Made by a program: the position numbers and the translations under genes. Of a stretch of 62,237 nt of DNA, positions 10,718 through 21,019 are shown one piece after another (the first letter of the stretch is position 1; each line of letters starts with the position of its first letter). Location: positions 1-62,237 of the forward strand of contig JBJKPN010000188.1 of the NCBI GenBank assembly GCA_046706365.1. The letters are read 5' to 3'. The stretch comes from Candidatus Kryptoniota bacterium (lineage in GTDB: Bacteria > Bacteroidota > Ignavibacteria > Kryptoniales > JAKASW01). The notes under the pieces were generated by a model. That model made no database searches. It worked only from the letters and a program-made list of their open reading frames with translations, and had not been told where the DNA came from.

Positions 10718-12578
10718 AGCGCTGAGGACTTACGGCAGGATCCTCAGCTACCTCAAGCCGTACAAGAAATATCTGGCCGCTTCCATCTCCTCGGCCGTTT
10801 TTTATTCGCTCTTCGCGGGGGCGTCCGTCTATCTGACAATCCCGCTTCTGGACACTCTCTTCAACCAGGGATCTCCTCACGCCTTGTCTGTACCCACAAC
10901 CGCCTCATTTCTCGACAAGATAAAAGCCGATGTTTCGAACTGGTTCAACCATCTCATGTTTTCAGGAACCAAGTCAGATGCGTTGCTCAGAATCTGCCTG
11001 ATAATTATCGCTTCCTTCTTCTTGAAAAATCTTTTCGGATATGCAAGAGCGTATTTCCTCGCGTACAGCGAACAGGGAGTCATGAGAGATATTCGAAACC
11101 AGCTCTACCGTAAGCTGCAGGAACTGTCGCTCGGTTATTTTACCAACGAGAGGACTGGCACACTGATATCCAGGGTTACCAACGATGTGAACGTTGTCAA
11201 CACCGGTATCACGGCGACCTTTGACACCATGATAAGAGAGCCGCTCACGATCATTGTCTTTTTGGGAATTGCCGTCTCGCTCAGCTGGAAACTCACCCTG
11301 ATTTCCTTTGTTGTCTTTCCGTTCGTGCTGTATATAATAAGCCGGATCGGGATGCGGCTTTATAAGGAAAGCGGCGTGTCGCAGGAACAAATGGCACATA
11401 TAACTTCCGTGCTTCAGGAGACGATAACCGGGATGAAGGTCGTGCGGGCTTTCGGCATGGAGGATTTCGAGACGAAGAAGTTCGGGAGACACACTGAGAG
11501 TTATTTCAAATCACTCCTCAGGATAATGCGGATCCGTAACCTCGCAGGACCGATAACGGAGTTCTTCTCGGTGCTGGCGGGAGCGGCGATTATTTATTAC
11601 GGCGGAATGCAGGTGATTCAGTCCGGTTCGCTGAGCCCAAGTGAATTCATGGGATTTCTCTTCGCCATATTCCAGCTCATGCCTCCGGTTAAGGAGCTCA
11701 CAACAGTCTCCAATAGAATGCAGGAGTCGGCCGCGGCGGGAAAAAGAATATTCGACGTGCTTGATGAAGCCGGGAAGCTCCCCGAGCCGCCGGATGCCGC
11801 CGACGTTACGGAATTCTCCGAGGAGATCGAGTTTGCGGGAGTGTGGTTCAAATATCCGGTGCCGACCATCGGAAGAACTCACGCAATTTCGGAGGACTTT
11901 GTTCTGAAGGATATCAATGTGAAGATTTTCAAAGGCGAAGTCCTCGCGGTAGTCGGCCCGTCAGGCGGGGGAAAGTCGACGCTCATCGATCTTATCCCCC
12001 GATTCTACGACCCGACAAAGGGAAGAATATCCATTGACGGCCGCGACCTGAGAGACGTCACCGTTACCACTCTTCGCTCAAAGATCGGCATCGTTTCCCA
12101 GGAAACCATTCTTTTCAACGATTCCGTAAGGAACAATATTGCTTACGGTCTGGAAACCTGCCCGATTGAAAAAGTCATCGAGGCCGCAAAAGCTGCGAAC
12201 GCTCACAGCTTCATTTCGCAACTGCCGAATGGCTATGACACCATAATAGGTGAAAGAGGAACGAAACTCTCAGGGGGACAGCGGCAACGAATTTCAATCG
12301 CAAGGGCCCTCCTCAAGAATCCCCCCATAATGATTTTCGATGAGGCTACTTCGGCTCTCGACTCAGAATCCGAAATGCTGGTCCAGGAAGCGATTGAGAG
12401 ATTGATGGAAAACCGGACTTCGATTGTCATTGCTCACAGACTGTCTACTATAAAAAACGCAAACAGGATAATTGTCATAGACGGCGGAGAAATAGTTCAG
12501 AAGGGAAAACACCAGGAACTTTTGAGGCAGAAAGGCGGAATCTATAAGAAGCTTTACGAGATGCAATTCAGTGACTGA
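10698..12578 (+). CDS. MsbA-like ABC exporter (permease + ATPase)
   Basis: Transmembrane N-half, Walker A GPSGGGKS, LSGGQRQR, DEATSALD. Confidence 0.92.
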   Translation: MSGKRNKALRTYGRILSYLKPYKKYLAASISSAVFYSLFAGASVYLTIPLLDTLFNQGSPHALSVPTTASFLDKIKADVSNWFNHLMFSGTKSDALLRICLIIIASFFLKNLFGYARAYFLAYSEQGVMRDIRNQLYRKLQELSLGYFTNERTGTLISRVTNDVNVVNTGITATFDTMIREPLTIIVFLGIAVSLSWKLTLISFVVFPFVLYIISRIGMRLYKESGVSQEQMAHITSVLQETITGMKVVRAFGMEDFETKKFGRHTESYFKSLLRIMRIRNLAGPITEFFSVLAGAAIIYYGGMQVIQSGSLSPSEFMGFLFAIFQLMPPVKELTTVSNRMQESAAAGKRIFDVLDEAGKLPEPPDAADVTEFSEEIEFAGVWFKYPVPTIGRTHAISEDFVLKDINVKIFKGEVLAVVGPSGGGKSTLIDLIPRFYDPTKGRISIDGRDLRDVTVTTLRSKIGIVSQETILFNDSVRNNIAYGLETCPIEKVIEAAKAANAHSFISQLPNGYDTIIGERGTKLSGGQRQRISIARALLKNPPIMIFDEATSALDSESEMLVQEAIERLMENRTSIVIAHRLSTIKNANRIIVIDGGEIVQKGKHQELLRQKGGIYKKLYEMQFSD

Positions 12579-12647
12579 AAGACCGCTCGGGCAGGGCGCG
12601 CACTTTACGGTCTATGCTCATATGAATAAAACGCGGCAGGTCCCACC

Positions 12648-14030
12648 ATGGCAGAACTAATTCGCGGATTAAAAGTCCGGGATATTGTCCTCTTCAACGT
12701 GGTGGCCATCGTCGGCATAAGGTGGATTTCACTTGCGGCAGCAACCGGTCCGAGTTCCATTTCTCTGTGGATTCTCGCACTCGTTCTCTTCTTCATTCCG
12801 CAGGCCGTTGCCGTGATCTACCTGAGCAAAAAGTATCCTATCGAAGGCGGAGTATACGAGTGGGCCAAAGTCGAGTTCGGTGATTTCCACGGGTTTGTGG
12901 CCGGCTGGTGTTACTGGGCAAACAACCTTGTCTATTATCCTTCTCTCCTGATTTCAGTTGCTGCAATCGCATCCTTCACCATCCCCGGCGGATCCGGTCT
13001 TGCGAGCAACAAGCTGTTCATAGCCTCGGTCAGTCTTGTTATTCTGTGGACTGCTATCGGATTCAACGTCGTCGGCGTAAAGATAGGGAAGTGGGTACAG
13101 AACGTCGGCGCAATCGGCACCTTCGGTCCCATTCTTGTGATTGCCGTACTCGCAGGGATTATTATATACGCTGGAAAATCACAGACCCATTTCTCAATTA
13201 CCAACATTCTTCCAACGAAACTGGATTACGGCACGCTCTCCTTCTGGTCATCCATGTGTTTTGCACTTGCAGGACTGGAACTCGCCTCGGTTATGTCCGG
13301 AGAGATAGTCGATGCGGCCAAGACGATCAGAAAGGCGACGTATATTTCGGGCGTGGCTATCGTGTTCGTGTACCTCGTAGGGACGATAGCGTTGCTGGTG
13401 GGAATTTCCGCGAAGAATGTAAACCTTGTCACGGGATTGGTGCAATCGATCCATGTACTTGAAGTCGAAACGGGATTCAGATACCTGACAAACATCAGCG
13501 CTCTTCTCATAACCATTGCGGGAGTCGGCGGGGCCGGCGCATGGCTGGCAGGAAGCGCGAGAATTCTGTTTGTCACCGGCATAGATAACTACCTTCCCTC
13601 GGCTTTCGGCAAAATTCACCCGAAATGGAAAACACCTCATGTTGCGATAATTTTCCAGGGAATAATTGCCACGGCATTCCTTCTCATGAGTTTCATAGGC
13701 GCCAGCGCCGAACAGGCCTATCTAGTTCTCGTCGACGCCACTATCATCGTGTATTTCATTCCGTACATATACATATTCCTGGCGGCCATAAAGATATTCC
13801 GTCGTGAAGCCCGGGAAACGCATACACGTGGGACATTGTTTAGAATCATAGCAAGTGCCGTCGGAGGATTGACGACGGCCGGAGCCATCCTGTTGACGTT
13901 GTTTCCTCCGGAAGCCGGGGGAAATCCCTTACTCTTCCTCGCCAAGACTCTTGGGAGCTCTTTTGCGTTCGTGGCAGTCGGGATAACAATATTTTGGATG
14001 GCCAAAAGAAGAAAGATTGCATTGCCTTGA
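12648..14030 (+). CDS. APC-family amino acid permease
   Basis: About 12 hydrophobic helices, YPIEGGVYEW, FALAGLE, KIHPKWKTP. Confidence 0.88.
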   Translation: MAELIRGLKVRDIVLFNVVAIVGIRWISLAAATGPSSISLWILALVLFFIPQAVAVIYLSKKYPIEGGVYEWAKVEFGDFHGFVAGWCYWANNLVYYPSLLISVAAIASFTIPGGSGLASNKLFIASVSLVILWTAIGFNVVGVKIGKWVQNVGAIGTFGPILVIAVLAGIIIYAGKSQTHFSITNILPTKLDYGTLSFWSSMCFALAGLELASVMSGEIVDAAKTIRKATYISGVAIVFVYLVGTIALLVGISAKNVNLVTGLVQSIHVLEVETGFRYLTNISALLITIAGVGGAGAWLAGSARILFVTGIDNYLPSAFGKIHPKWKTPHVAIIFQGIIATAFLLMSFIGASAEQAYLVLVDATIIVYFIPYIYIFLAAIKIFRREARETHTRGTLFRIIASAVGGLTTAGAILLTLFPPEAGGNPLLFLAKTLGSSFAFVAVGITIFWMAKRRKIALP

Positions 14031-14076
14031 GCATTTTTCGAAATCTCATTCCTTCGCAGTCAATAGCAGGTAGAGG

Positions 14077-15927
14077 ATGAAGTTGATGGAATTAAGTAAC
14101 AACCTGGGAACAAGTAAAAGTCAATATCTGCGGGAAGCCTGGAGCCAACCCGTCCATTGGCAATCGTATTCCGACGACGTATTCCGTATCGCCGTTGAAC
14201 TGGATCGCCCGATCCTTCTCGACATCGGAGCTGTCTGGTGTCACTGGTGCCATGTCATGGATGATGAGTCATATTCTGATAGTGAAGTCGCCGGATTGAT
14301 TAACGACAATTTTGTGCCTGTTAAAGTCGATAGGGACCAGATGCCCGACGTCGACTCGCGGTACCAGGCTGCGGTTGGCGCAATGACGGGAGCCGGAGGG
14401 TGGCCGCTGACAGTTTTCCTGACGCCAGACGGCAAGCCCTTTTACGGCGGGACTTATTTCCCGAAGAAGGATCTGCAGGGAAGACCGGGTCTGATTACGA
14501 TGCTGCCCCGGATCGCCGACACATATCGGGAACAAAAAGAGGAAGTGCGGAAGAGTGCTGACCACCTTCTCCAGCAGCTGACAGATTACGAAAGAGATCA
14601 CTCGCAGCGCAGTCCGTTGGGACCCGAAATAGTAAAGACAATTATAGAAGATGCCAGGTCGAAAATGGACCGGCAATTCGGAGGATTCGGCAGAGCACCG
14701 AAATTTTTCAACGCCACCGCACTAATGCTCTTGCTCGAAACCACTCCGAAAGCGGCAGATGCCGACACCGAAGATTTCATAAAAATAACGTTGAAGAACA
14801 TTGCCTGCGGCGGCGTTTACGATCACATCGGCGGAGGCTTCCATAGATATTCGGTGGATCGCTACTGGCACGTTCCGCATTTCGAGAAAATGCTGTACGA
14901 CAATGCAATGATGATGAGAGTTTACCTGAAAGCCTTCGGTGTGTACGGCGATTCCCAGTATCTGAAATCAGCGAGGGAAACAGCGGATTGGATTGTTGGT
15001 CCAATGAGATCGCCGGACGGTCCCTTCTATGCTCATCAGGATGCGGATATCGGACCTAATGATGACGGGACCTACTGGACATGGACAAATGAGGAAATAA
15101 AGGATGCACTCACGAGCGACGAAATAAGTGCTTTTGTCCCGCGCTATGATATTCGACAGGAGCCGAGCGATATCTACGAAACGCCGGGAAGAAATGTTCT
15201 CAGGATTGCTTTGCCTGTCGATGAAATCGCTATTGTGACGAAATCGACCGCGGAAGAGACTGAGAAACTATTGTCCTCTGCCAGGAACAAGCTCCTCAAT
15301 ATCCGAAATGGGAAGAAGTTGCCCTACATCGACAAGACAATTTTCGCCGATAGAAACGGATTGGCAATAAGCGCCCTGGTGGAGGCTTCGCTCGAACTGA
15401 ACGAACGAGAATATTACCGTGCGGCCGAGAATGCTGCCGACTTCATACTCGAGAAGATGACGGACGGGAACGGAAGGGTTGTACATGCATTTCTGGATTC
15501 CTCTGCCGTCTACCAGGGCCTGTTGGACGACCAGGTATTCTTCGGTACCTCGCTGCTGGACTTATTCGAAGTCATGAGGAACGACAGGCACCTCGCGGGT
15601 GCCGAGAAGATTGCGTCCGGATTGCTTCGCTATTTTGAAGACGGGGAAAACGGCGGATTCTTCGATCGCGCTTCAGACAGTATGGGTGAAGGCTTTCTTT
15701 CTTCGAAGAGAAAACCTATCGATGATACTCCCACGCCCGCCGGGAATCCGGCGGCAGCGATATTCTTCGACAGGTTGTACTCGATTACTGAAAACAGGGA
15801 TTACTCGGAAGTCTCTCGTCGGACACTGGAATCATTTGCCGGATCTGCGGGGAATATCGGGATTTACGCCGCAACGTACGGACAGGCACTCAACCTGCAT
15901 CTCGCGCTGCGCAAAAAACTTAGATAA
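14077..15927 (+). CDS. YyaL/SSP411-like thioredoxin-domain protein (DUF255)
   Basis: WCHWCHVM, GGWPLTVFLTP, GGFGRAPKF, PHFEKMLYDNA. Confidence 0.9.
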   Translation: MKLMELSNNLGTSKSQYLREAWSQPVHWQSYSDDVFRIAVELDRPILLDIGAVWCHWCHVMDDESYSDSEVAGLINDNFVPVKVDRDQMPDVDSRYQAAVGAMTGAGGWPLTVFLTPDGKPFYGGTYFPKKDLQGRPGLITMLPRIADTYREQKEEVRKSADHLLQQLTDYERDHSQRSPLGPEIVKTIIEDARSKMDRQFGGFGRAPKFFNATALMLLLETTPKAADADTEDFIKITLKNIACGGVYDHIGGGFHRYSVDRYWHVPHFEKMLYDNAMMMRVYLKAFGVYGDSQYLKSARETADWIVGPMRSPDGPFYAHQDADIGPNDDGTYWTWTNEEIKDALTSDEISAFVPRYDIRQEPSDIYETPGRNVLRIALPVDEIAIVTKSTAEETEKLLSSARNKLLNIRNGKKLPYIDKTIFADRNGLAISALVEASLELNEREYYRAAENAADFILEKMTDGNGRVVHAFLDSSAVYQGLLDDQVFFGTSLLDLFEVMRNDRHLAGAEKIASGLLRYFEDGENGGFFDRASDSMGEGFLSSKRKPIDDTPTPAGNPAAAIFFDRLYSITENRDYSEVSRRTLESFAGSAGNIGIYAATYGQALNLHLALRKKLR

Positions 15928-15945
15928 CCGGATTCCGGAGCCCGG

Positions 15946-16182
15946 CTACTTGCTTCCGCGAATCAGGGATGAGAGTGCCTTCCTGGCCTTCTGGGCGTCA
16001 ACTTCGTCAACGAAGAAATCGACATTGCCGACACCCGGAGAAGGGTAGAGAGATGCAAAATTTTCATTCTGCGTAAAGTAACCGATCTCTTCGTTCTCGA
16101 GCGCCATCTTGGCGCCTATGATATCCGACTGGATGTAAGAGCTGAAGACCTTCACAGACTTTCCGCTTTTCTTTTCGCTCAT
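15946..16182 (-). CDS. DUF2007-like small protein (putative signal transduction)
   Basis: 78 aa with AKMALENEEI...ENFASLYP...FVDEVDAQKARKAL pattern. Confidence 0.6.
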   Translation of the reverse strand: MSEKKSGKSVKVFSSYIQSDIIGAKMALENEEIGYFTQNENFASLYPSPGVGNVDFFVDEVDAQKARKALSSLIRGSK

Positions 16183-16184
16183 GA

Positions 16185-17345
16185 CTAAATTTTAGCAAGA
16201 GCCTTCTTAAAATCAAGCAGAAGGTCCTCGACGTCCTCAATTCCGACTGAAATTCTCACCATTCCCTCAGTCACGCGGGCAGCCTTTAACTCCTCCTGGC
16301 TCATTTTGATGTGGCTGGTCAACACGGGAATACTGACGAGCGTCTCCGTGCCGCCGAGGCTGGTCGCATTCAAGGCGACTTCCAGGCTGTCGCAAAACTT
16401 CTTAGCCGCCGAAAGATTCTCAAGCTCGATGCAAAGCATACCGCCGAATCCGCTCATCTGGCGCTTTGCAATCTTGTAACTTCTTGATGTCGGTAAGCCC
16501 GGATAAAGCACGCGGCTTACCTTTTTTTGCCTCATGAAGAACTCTGCAAGCCGCTGGGCGTTTATATTCTGCTGCTCGACTCTCACTTTCAAAGTCTTGA
16601 GGCTCCTATCGAGCATGTAAGCATCGATAGGGTTTATGCATCCGCCAAACGCCTTCATCGTTTCGCGAATATTTTTAATCAGCTGTTTCGAGGCAACCGC
16701 CGCACCAGCCATGATGTCGCTGTGGCCGCCGATGTACTTCGTCGCGCTGTGAATTACGACGTCGATTCCGAGGTCAATTGGGTTTTGATTGACAGGTGAA
16801 GCGAAGGTGTTATCCATCATCGTGATCGCACCGGCACGTGTGGCCGCCCTGACAACCTTCCTTATCGCGACACAGTCGGTGGTTGGATTGATCGGAGTTT
16901 CGAAGTAGACGAGCCTTGCCTCCGGAAACTTCTCATCGAGCGAGTACAGCTCGGCTTCGTCGACAAACCGAGTCTCAATTCCGAATCTCGGTGCGATATC
17001 GCGAAGGAACCTGTATGTCATCCCGTAAAGGCGGCGGAGGGCAACTATGGTATCGCCGTTTTTGGCAAAAGTCAGGATGCCCGTTGTTATGGCAGCCATG
17101 CCGCTCGAGAACAGGATCGCATCTTCCGCGTTCTCCAGAGAGGCGAGTTTCTCTTCGACGTTCCTGACCGTCGGGTTTGAATAGCGTGAGTATATGTAGA
17201 ACTCTTCCTCGTCCCCAATAAATTTCTCATAGTCATCGCTTTTGTCGACGGCGAATGTAGTACTTGCGAAGACAGGGAAGTTGGCTCCCCGGTACAGTTT
17301 ATCTTTTCTGCCGTGGACAGCAAGAGTGGATTTGTTGTTGGCCAA
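16185..17345 (-). CDS. Cys/Met metabolism PLP enzyme (cystathionine gamma-synthase/lyase or methionine gamma-lyase family)
   Basis: YSRYSNPT, FSSGMAAI, ETPINP, DNTFASP, HSATKYIGGHSD. Confidence 0.9.
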   Translation of the reverse strand: MANNKSTLAVHGRKDKLYRGANFPVFASTTFAVDKSDDYEKFIGDEEEFYIYSRYSNPTVRNVEEKLASLENAEDAILFSSGMAAITTGILTFAKNGDTIVALRRLYGMTYRFLRDIAPRFGIETRFVDEAELYSLDEKFPEARLVYFETPINPTTDCVAIRKVVRAATRAGAITMMDNTFASPVNQNPIDLGIDVVIHSATKYIGGHSDIMAGAAVASKQLIKNIRETMKAFGGCINPIDAYMLDRSLKTLKVRVEQQNINAQRLAEFFMRQKKVSRVLYPGLPTSRSYKIAKRQMSGFGGMLCIELENLSAAKKFCDSLEVALNATSLGGTETLVSIPVLTSHIKMSQEELKAARVTEGMVRISVGIEDVEDLLLDFKKALAKI

Positions 17346-17358
17346 GCTTTCCCTCCCT

Positions 17359-18081
17359 TCAGTGAGACGCTTCGTGGAGTATGCCGAGCATTTCTTTCAC
17401 GGCAGTCCCCAGCCCGACAAAAAGCGAGTGTGAGATCAGGGCATGACCGATGCTGAATTCCTCGATCTCTTCGATCATAGCCACCGGTCCGAGATTCCTG
17501 TAGTCAAGACCGTGGCCTGCGTTGACCCGGAGCCCGAGCTTATCGGCGTATCCTGCTGCCTTTCTCAGTCGTGACAGTTGTTTGGCGGCTTCGAGACCTT
17601 TCACATTTGCGTACTCCCCGGTATGGAGCTCCACATAGTCTGCGCCGACGCTCTTCGCCGCCTTTATCTGGGCCTCGACCGGGTCGACGAAGAGACTTAC
17701 CTCGATATTTTTGCCATGAAATCTGTTGGTTACTTCCTTTAGATGCGGCACCTGCGAAGCAACATCCAGGCCCCCCTCCGTGGTAAGCTCCTGTCTCTTC
17801 TCCGGGACAAGAGTGACCAGCTCGGGAACAACATCGAGCGCGATATTGATTATCTCTTCAGTCGCCGCCATCTCAAGGTCCAACCTGGTCTTCAGGAGTT
17901 TTCTGAGCAAATATACATCGGCGTCCTGAATATGCCGCCTGTCTTCCCGAAGATGGCTGACTATACCTGTAGCTCCCGCAAGTTCAGCGATGAGAGCCGC
18001 AGTTACGGGGTCGGGGTCGTTTCCCCCGCGCGCCCGGCGGAGCGTTGCTACGTGATCGATGTTTACGGAAAGTCTTTTCAC
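17359..18081 (-). CDS. pdxJ: Pyridoxine 5'-phosphate synthase
   Basis: [36 protein letters not shown]. Confidence 0.96.
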   Translation of the reverse strand: MKRLSVNIDHVATLRRARGGNDPDPVTAALIAELAGATGIVSHLREDRRHIQDADVYLLRKLLKTRLDLEMAATEEIINIALDVVPELVTLVPEKRQELTTEGGLDVASQVPHLKEVTNRFHGKNIEVSLFVDPVEAQIKAAKSVGADYVELHTGEYANVKGLEAAKQLSRLRKAAGYADKLGLRVNAGHGLDYRNLGPVAMIEEIEEFSIGHALISHSLFVGLGTAVKEMLGILHEASH

Positions 18082-18848
18082 TTTGAGAATCCTCTTTGAC
18101 GTGTAATTTCATAACATATTACACCGGTTGCAACCGAAACATTGAGGGAATCTATTTTGCCGACCTGTGGGATGGAAAAAATCATGTCTGAATTATCACG
18201 CAGAATCCTCTTGACCCCGCTGCCTTCGTTTCCGATTACGACCGCGACCGGTGTCCTGAAATCCATCTCCGAGATCGCGAGCGGAGCGTTGACGGACGTC
18301 GACGCAATCCAATAGCCTTCTTTTTTCAGATATGTGATCGCATGATGCAGGTTTGTTTCGCGGGCAATTTTGAGGTGAAAGGCTCCGCCTGCCGAAGCCT
18401 TAATCACGGTCTCATTCAGAGGAGCCTGTTCCTCCTTCGCAATCAGGACGCCGTCGACGCGGAAGAACGCCGCCGTTCTCAGGATCGCACCGAAATTGTG
18501 CGGGTCCTGAATACGGTCCAGTATTAGTAGAAAGGGATTGCTCTTCCCACGGGCGCTTTCAACTATCTCTTCGATGGATACAAGCCTGATCTTGCTCAGA
18601 GTCGCTACCACACCCTGCGCCGATTCGTCCCTCTTCAAACCGGAGGTCAGTTCGGCGAACTGTTTTGAATCTACCCGTGATACGGGAACTCCCGATCGCC
18701 TCGATAGCGAAAGTATCTCACTGAGACTTCCACCGTGTGCGGAAAAGAGGATATACACTTTCGAAATGCTTGCACCGGTTTTCAATGCCTCAATTACAGC
18801 ATTTCTCCCGACCACTATGTCTTCTCTCAGCTCAAATACTTTAGACAT
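18078..18848 (-). CDS. rlmB: 23S rRNA (Gm2251) 2'-O-methyltransferase, SPOUT family
   Basis: [35 protein letters not shown]. Confidence 0.88.
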   Translation of the reverse strand: MSKVFELREDIVVGRNAVIEALKTGASISKVYILFSAHGGSLSEILSLSRRSGVPVSRVDSKQFAELTSGLKRDESAQGVVATLSKIRLVSIEEIVESARGKSNPFLLILDRIQDPHNFGAILRTAAFFRVDGVLIAKEEQAPLNETVIKASAGGAFHLKIARETNLHHAITYLKKEGYWIASTSVNAPLAISEMDFRTPVAVVIGNEGSGVKRILRDNSDMIFSIPQVGKIDSLNVSVATGVICYEITRQRGFSK

Positions 18849-18906
18849 TCAATCTCGTACGGGTAATTAAATCAGACGGTTGAAAGGTAACAGCACTCGC
18901 AGCAAT

Positions 18907-19149
18907 CTACTCGGACTCTGCAAGTTTTTTTAGAAAGGATTCCTCTTCGAGCTTGAACTCGGAGATCAACTTGTCATTGATAAAGACGACCGGGACCTTG
19001 TTCCCGTAACGATCGAATAGGTCGGTATTTTCCTCAACCAGGATCCTTTCGAGAAAGAACTTCTTCTCTTTCTTCAATTTCTCAAGAATCTCTTCAGCCT
19101 CTTCGCAAAGGTGGCAGTTTTCCTTCTTGTACAGAAGAACTCGAATCAT
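18907..19149 (-). CDS. Glutaredoxin-like protein (DUF836)
   Basis: CHLC and VPVV motifs, 80 aa. Confidence 0.8.
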   Translation of the reverse strand: MIRVLLYKKENCHLCEEAEEILEKLKKEKKFFLERILVEENTDLFDRYGNKVPVVFINDKLISEFKLEEESFLKKLAESE

Positions 19150-19994
19150 GTTCGCACCGTTTCTGGTTTCTTACGAAAGTACAACAGGCCGGCTATGCCG
19201 GCGACAATAAGCACGACCGAAATCAGCTGTGCCTCGCTGAGGCCGAGCAACAGTCGTGGATTAAGCCGAATAAATTCAACGAGAAGTCTTTCCGTCCCGG
19301 CCATTATCAGATAGTACATAAACAATCGACCTTCAGGCTGCACTGATTTTCTCATACGCCAAAGGATGTAAAATATCAACATGCACGCCAGGAATTCATA
19401 TATCGGAGTGGGATGGAGAAGCGTGCCGTTCGGGACAATTCCGCCGGGGTACCTGGCTTCAATCTGGGGGAAGCCCTGGAATGCAGCCGAGGGCGGAACG
19501 ATCCCCTTCGCATAATCGACTCCCCAGGGAAGGGAGGTCGGCATGCCATAGTCCCCGTCGCCCGAAAAATGGCAGCCCAGTCTTGCCACGCCGTAGCCAA
19601 GTATCAAAGCCGGCGATATCGCATCGGCCACCCTCGCGAACTTGAATCCCTTCCTTTTCGCTGCCCAGAGAATCATGACGGCCGCAAGAATAAATCCACC
19701 GTACCACGTCAGGCCGCCCGGGGAGAAAGCCATGCCTAACGGGTCTCTCACGAAGTCGTTCCAGTTCTCGATCAGTGAGAGGATTTTGGAGCCGGCTATC
19801 CCGAAGATTACCGCAAGTATTGTTACCTGGTTGGCAAAATCAGCTCCCAGCCCCTTTCTCTTGAATTCCTTGATTGCCGCGTAGTTTGCCGCCAGAAATC
19901 CGATACCCATCATCAGACCGTAACTGTAGACATCCAGAGGTCCAATTTTGAAAAGGATGGGCCTGACGGTGTCCGAGAGGAGCCTGCTCAGCAT
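19146..19994 (-). CDS. lgt: Prolipoprotein diacylglyceryl transferase
   Basis: YSYGLMM, GGLTWYGG, RLGC, HPTPIYE, RLLVEFIR. Confidence 0.92.
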   Translation of the reverse strand: MLSRLLSDTVRPILFKIGPLDVYSYGLMMGIGFLAANYAAIKEFKRKGLGADFANQVTILAVIFGIAGSKILSLIENWNDFVRDPLGMAFSPGGLTWYGGFILAAVMILWAAKRKGFKFARVADAISPALILGYGVARLGCHFSGDGDYGMPTSLPWGVDYAKGIVPPSAAFQGFPQIEARYPGGIVPNGTLLHPTPIYEFLACMLIFYILWRMRKSVQPEGRLFMYYLIMAGTERLLVEFIRLNPRLLLGLSEAQLISVVLIVAGIAGLLYFRKKPETVRT

Positions 19995-19999
19995 GTCAA

Positions 20000-20437
20000 T
20001 TATTCAACCCGCCTCAACCACTTCGCCCGATCGGTAAGCACATCGATAAATTTCCCGTCTTTGGTGGATCTAAGTACCTTTATGGGGTCACCGATATTGA
20101 TCTTGAACTGGTTAGCCTTTTTGCCGCGGCGGTCGACAACGATGGTGTATTCTCCCGGCTGCAGGTTTTCCAGCTCGTATCTTCCCATTGCCGGACCCGG
20201 GCGGGGGAAATCCGACATCGGCGTTTTGAGTCCCACTATATTGAACAGGATCCTTCGGTCGTCCAGCTTCGTTTCAAGCACAAGCTCGTAAACGAAATTC
20301 TGAAATTCCTCTGTGGTTCTGAAATGGAATGCGATTCCGGATCGTTTGGCTACGGGGTCACTGAAGGGCTCGATGAGCAGCTTGTACTCAATGGCCGATT
20401 CGGTCCGGTGCACTTTCGGGGGTTTCTTCTTAGCCAT
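20000..20437 (-). CDS. Hypothetical protein
   Basis: 145-aa ORF tightly packed between PTS IIA and lgt; no family recognised. Confidence 0.7.
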   Translation of the reverse strand: MAKKKPPKVHRTESAIEYKLLIEPFSDPVAKRSGIAFHFRTTEEFQNFVYELVLETKLDDRRILFNIVGLKTPMSDFPRPGPAMGRYELENLQPGEYTIVVDRRGKKANQFKINIGDPIKVLRSTKDGKFIDVLTDRAKWLRRVE

Positions 20438-20443
20438 TCAGTA

Positions 20444-20914
20444 TTAAATGTCGAAGTAACTTACCTCTTCATCCTTGAAGAACTGAACGATCTCCGCCGG
20501 GCTCTTTGCGGTGAGAAGCTTCTTTCTGAACTCATCCTTGTTCATCAACCGGGAAATCCTGCTAAGGAGTTTTATGTGGGGACCGACCATGTTATCCCTG
20601 CCGACCAGGAGGAAAAGAAGCCTGACCGGTTCCCCGTCCAGCGATTGAAAATCTACAGGCTCCCCGGTCACCGCAAAAGCGGCAACGATGTCGTTCACGG
20701 CGTCTGTCTTGCCGTGAGGTATTGCAAAACCTTTACCTACGCCCGTCGACATTATCTTCTCGCGTTCAAAAATCGCCTCGCGCACCTTTTCCAAATCCTT
20801 TATTTTCTTCGAATTCTTCAGTAAATCTATGATCGAGTTCAGGACATCATCCTTAGTCTTTCCGGTCAGTTTTGTCGACACAAACTCATCTTGAAGTATG
20901 TCGCTAATTTTCAT
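20444..20914 (-). CDS. PTS EIIA component (fructose/mannitol/Ntr type)
   Basis: EREKIMSTGVGKGFAIPHGK phospho-His motif. Confidence 0.9.
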   Translation of the reverse strand: MKISDILQDEFVSTKLTGKTKDDVLNSIIDLLKNSKKIKDLEKVREAIFEREKIMSTGVGKGFAIPHGKTDAVNDIVAAFAVTGEPVDFQSLDGEPVRLLFLLVGRDNMVGPHIKLLSRISRLMNKDEFRKKLLTAKSPAEIVQFFKDEEVSYFDI

Positions 20915-21019
20915 ATTGTAATATTCTCCATTTCATTAAAGAGGAACTCAGTTGGAATGCGTTAGAAAGTCAAGTATACAGGAGACAAGCGAACACGGAC
21001 ACGGGACTGAATCGCGAGA